Assembly: GCA_046759445.1 (NCBI GenBank)
Contig: JBHICG010000045.1
Coordinates: 1 to 27,734 of the forward strand
DNA from: Candidatus Scalinduaceae bacterium
Lineage (GTDB): Bacteria > Planctomycetota > Brocadiia > Brocadiales > Scalinduaceae
Direction: 5' to 3'
DNA: 27,734 bases
Every line of letters starts with the position of its first letter. Within the stretch, counting starts at the first letter, position 1. Below the pieces are notes generated by a model. The model ran no database searches. It saw nothing but the letters and a program-made list of their open reading frames with translations, and was not told the DNA's origin. Both the position numbers and the translations under genes were made by a program. Below are positions 25,350-27,734 of the stretch, piece by piece.

Positions 25350-27338
25350 AGATAATTTAGCTAACCGTAACCAGAACTGCAACTCAACAGAATTGATGAA
25401 GCCTTCTGCATCAACAACTACTCCCTCAGGAATATTAATTTCTATTGGTCTTGTTCCTCTTGTCCACTGTCTGCCCTGTGATACGCTTCGGAAATACTCA
25501 ATAATACGCTCATCGTTCGCACCTAATGCCCGAAGCGTTATCAACACAGCGTCAAATGCTTTCGTCTGGAGGGATGTTCTGTCTGTTACTTCATCATCCA
25601 ACAACACTGGCACTACTACATATCCATATTTCTTTCCTACTGCGGGCCGTAATGCCCTCCCCACAGCTTGTACAATGTCTATGGCACTTTTCTTAGGGTC
25701 AGCGAATAAAATACAGTCGATGTTCGGTACATCCACACCTTCCGTCAAGCACCGGGCATTGGTGATCAGGCCTCGTTTGGCAGCCTCAAATGTATCTATC
25801 TGTCGACTACGGACAGCAGTTGGTGTCTTACCAGATACATGAAAAGTATCCAATTCACCGTATTCAGGAAAAGTAGAATTGAAATTTTCTTGATTGATCT
25901 TAAACACCTTTGCACGGGCAATACTATTGTGAAAGGAGATAATGTGACGAATGGGATGTTTCTGCATTGCCTTACGTAGAGCTATTATGGCTGCGAAAAT
26001 CTCAGCTTCAACATTACCATCCCATTTGCCTCTATCAGGTTTCACAAACATGTTACATTTGATCAGCCTGGCAATTTCACTACGTGTTACCTGGATTGTA
26101 ACGATCTTGTAGTCACTGAGAATGGCAGGTCTGGACTCCAATGCCTTTTTAAAACTTAGTAGTTCAAATGTTTCCCCATATAGTTCAGGATTGTCCATAC
26201 TGGCAATCTGATCGCTTTTCCCCATGTATCTACGTTCGGTAGCGGTCATGAAGATACGTTTTTTTATTCTGATATTTTCATCGTACAGTATATGGCTAAA
26301 CAGACTGTCCTTTTTGCCCACTGTTTTGTGAGCTTCATCCATGATTCCAATGTCAAACACTATACCTGCTCGCCTGGCCGCTTCTGAGGTCGATCGGCTG
26401 CTTTGATATGTAGTAAAGACTACTGTGGTGTTGCTTTTTTGTTCATTAAGCCACTGCGCAATCTCTCCCGAGTCTGTATGGATTCGTACACCCAAGTCCT
26501 GAGTTAGCACAGCAACATCTTCTCGTTCAAAGTATCCAACTGTTTCATCACTACAAACGACAATCCAATTGATGTCCTGCTGGTTTGCGACAGCCTCTCT
26601 AGTCCAAACTTCCAATGTCTGCCGGATCAAACACAAACTAGGCACAGCTAATAGAATAGTACGAGCTTTCAGTTTCTGGGCAAGCCAGTATCCAGTCAAG
26701 GTCTTACCAGTTCCACAAGGTTGTATAAGTTTGCCTCGTGAGTTTTTTTGTTTAATGAAATATTGGTAGGCTTGCTGGATCGCTTTCTTTTGGTGTTCTC
26801 GTGGTTTGAGGGGATTGAGTGATATTACTTTGTGGTCTAAATAATTGTGTAGTCGACTGAAAAATTCCTTTTCAAGTCCACGCCAGATGTCTCCGGCACA
26901 GAAACTTAGCCTTTCTCCATACATTGTGAGCTTATGGCTAAAACGGTCAGCACTTGTACACACAAGCCCAAGTTCTATTTTTTTGCTAATGCTGAAAGCC
27001 AGAGATGTGAAGGTACTCAATTCTCTATTGGTAAGCGATTTGTCTTCGTTCTCGCGGTATTTGCATTGGATAGCCCAGTATGCGTCATCTTTCGTTTCTG
27101 CAATAAGGTCTATTCCCTCATCTGTCCCTGGGATGTTGAGACGCTTTCGTACACGAGATGGTACTTCACTTAGAAACCAGACATTTTTGAGCTGTGTAGA
27201 GTATTTGGGATGTAGTTGCAGGAAGTTTTTTGTTAATGTCTCAAAGCAATCGCCTTTTTGCTTCTTGGATAGCGGCTGAACATAAGCCTTAAAATCTTGC
27301 CAGCTATTACATTTGCGGAGAATGTTTATGACGTTCAT
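24516..27338 (-). CDS. Mrr-like restriction nuclease - SF2 (DEAH) helicase with four C-terminal 71-aa tandem repeats
   Basis: E..T...GIDLIAET.D..YWAIQCK nuclease motif; PCGTGKT, DEAH, TAT, LTEGVDVP, QAVGRALR; repeats F..AR.F..SLGLK...EWR.YCKG...LP.DIP..P...Y...GW.GWGDWLGTG. Confidence 0.9.
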   Translation of the reverse strand: MNVINILRKCNSWQDFKAYVQPLSKKQKGDCFETLTKNFLQLHPKYSTQLKNVWFLSEVPSRVRKRLNIPGTDEGIDLIAETKDDAYWAIQCKYRENEDKSLTNRELSTFTSLAFSISKKIELGLVCTSADRFSHKLTMYGERLSFCAGDIWRGLEKEFFSRLHNYLDHKVISLNPLKPREHQKKAIQQAYQYFIKQKNSRGKLIQPCGTGKTLTGYWLAQKLKARTILLAVPSLCLIRQTLEVWTREAVANQQDINWIVVCSDETVGYFEREDVAVLTQDLGVRIHTDSGEIAQWLNEQKSNTTVVFTTYQSSRSTSEAARRAGIVFDIGIMDEAHKTVGKKDSLFSHILYDENIRIKKRIFMTATERRYMGKSDQIASMDNPELYGETFELLSFKKALESRPAILSDYKIVTIQVTRSEIARLIKCNMFVKPDRGKWDGNVEAEIFAAIIALRKAMQKHPIRHIISFHNSIARAKVFKINQENFNSTFPEYGELDTFHVSGKTPTAVRSRQIDTFEAAKRGLITNARCLTEGVDVPNIDCILFADPKKSAIDIVQAVGRALRPAVGKKYGYVVVPVLLDDEVTDRTSLQTKAFDAVLITLRALGANDERIIEYFRSVSQGRQWTRGTRPIEINIPEGVVVDAEGFINSVELQFWLRLAKLSWRPFEEAREFSRSLGLKSNSEWREYCKGKLSKTGTLPDDIPAKPERTYEDKGWNGWGDWLGTGTVAPRDRKYRSFKKARAFIHSLGLKSHIEWREYCKGKLSEKGKLPEDIPANPCGTYKGQGWKGWGNWLGTGTVATKKRKYRSFNKARSFVRSLGLKSNIEWRKYCKGELPENGMLPQDIPAKPDRSFKGQGWNGWGDWLGTGIVAPKDRKFCSFKEARVFVHTLGLKNRTEWRKYCKGELLEKGTLPDDIPTRPDRTYKDSGWSGMGDWLGTDR

Positions 27339-27429
27339 GTATATCTTTTAGGAAAATAGGAATACCAACGGATTTATTCATTCTTGAGAGATTACAGTAT
27401 ACTGATGTAATTCATCAATCGTCAATCCC

Positions 27430-27734
27430 TCACCTGAGTTTCAACGTAACATCATTATCATGTTTGCTGCCATGACAATATGCCAGTATATCTTCAGCCC
27501 TGCCTCCTGCGTATTCTTCGGCATTTTTGCTCGCCAATAAGAATTTCTTTCCCAGCTCGATGATTCTTTGTTCTCTAACCTGATGGAATTGGAGACTTGC
27601 TTCATTTTTATTAATCGTTATCGTCCTGAAGGCGTGAGGATACTGAACGGTTGCTGGAGACGCAATGTAATAAAGTCCTTTAACTGTTTGAATCTTTGAG
27701 ATGTGATGATGTCCTGTTAAACACATCTTGACCT
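27430..27734 (-). CDS. Metallophosphoesterase (calcineurin-like), C-terminal part
   Basis: VKMCLTGHHH...YIASPATVQYP.AFR resembles the final GHxH motif; the frame is open to the window end. Confidence 0.7.
   Translation of the reverse strand, partial: VKMCLTGHHHISKIQTVKGLYYIASPATVQYPHAFRTITINKNEASLQFHQVREQRIIELGKKFLLASKNAEEYAGGRAEDILAYCHGSKHDNDVTLKLR

Noticed and set aside
25222..27279. Plus-strand ORFs of 66-206 aa inside the helicase, and similar nested ORFs in purD, tdh, kbl, glmM, ubiD and copA
   Set aside because: Antisense or alternate-frame shadows of well-supported genes.

Overview
AT-rich bacterial genomic window, probably from an anaerobic planctomycete such as Ca. Brocadiales. That placement is inferred from gene content and recalled homologues, not verified. 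Positions 1-19.1 kb are mostly housekeeping and metabolic genes: hppA (5' part), a CBS/antiporter pseudogene, purD, tdh-kbl, an AsmA-like protein, glmM with an archaeal-type GlmU, an epimerase, a Tat-lipoprotein DUF362, an exported intradiol-dioxygenase-like protein, UbiD/MqnL, PfpI, DUF559 and copA. Several families of small palindromic REP/MITE-like repeats lie between them. The ORF track misses two genes: a 30-aa Cys/His plus Lys-rich microprotein with a strong RBS and promoter, and a 90-codon ORF with an early stop. Positions 19.1-27.4 kb form an accessory region. It holds a membrane-anchored 15-aa-repeat helical protein, a secreted protein bracketed by a duplicated UbiA gene end, a GNAT gene whose 3' end is duplicated around an AbrB/VapC toxin-antitoxin module, and a 940-aa protein. 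That protein combines an Mrr-like nuclease, an SF2 helicase and four 71-aa tandem repeats, has no methyltransferase, and is followed by a possible truncated SIR2/AbiH-like remnant. It is the best candidate for an undescribed defence system. No rRNA, tRNA, CRISPR array or intact transposase or integrase was seen.
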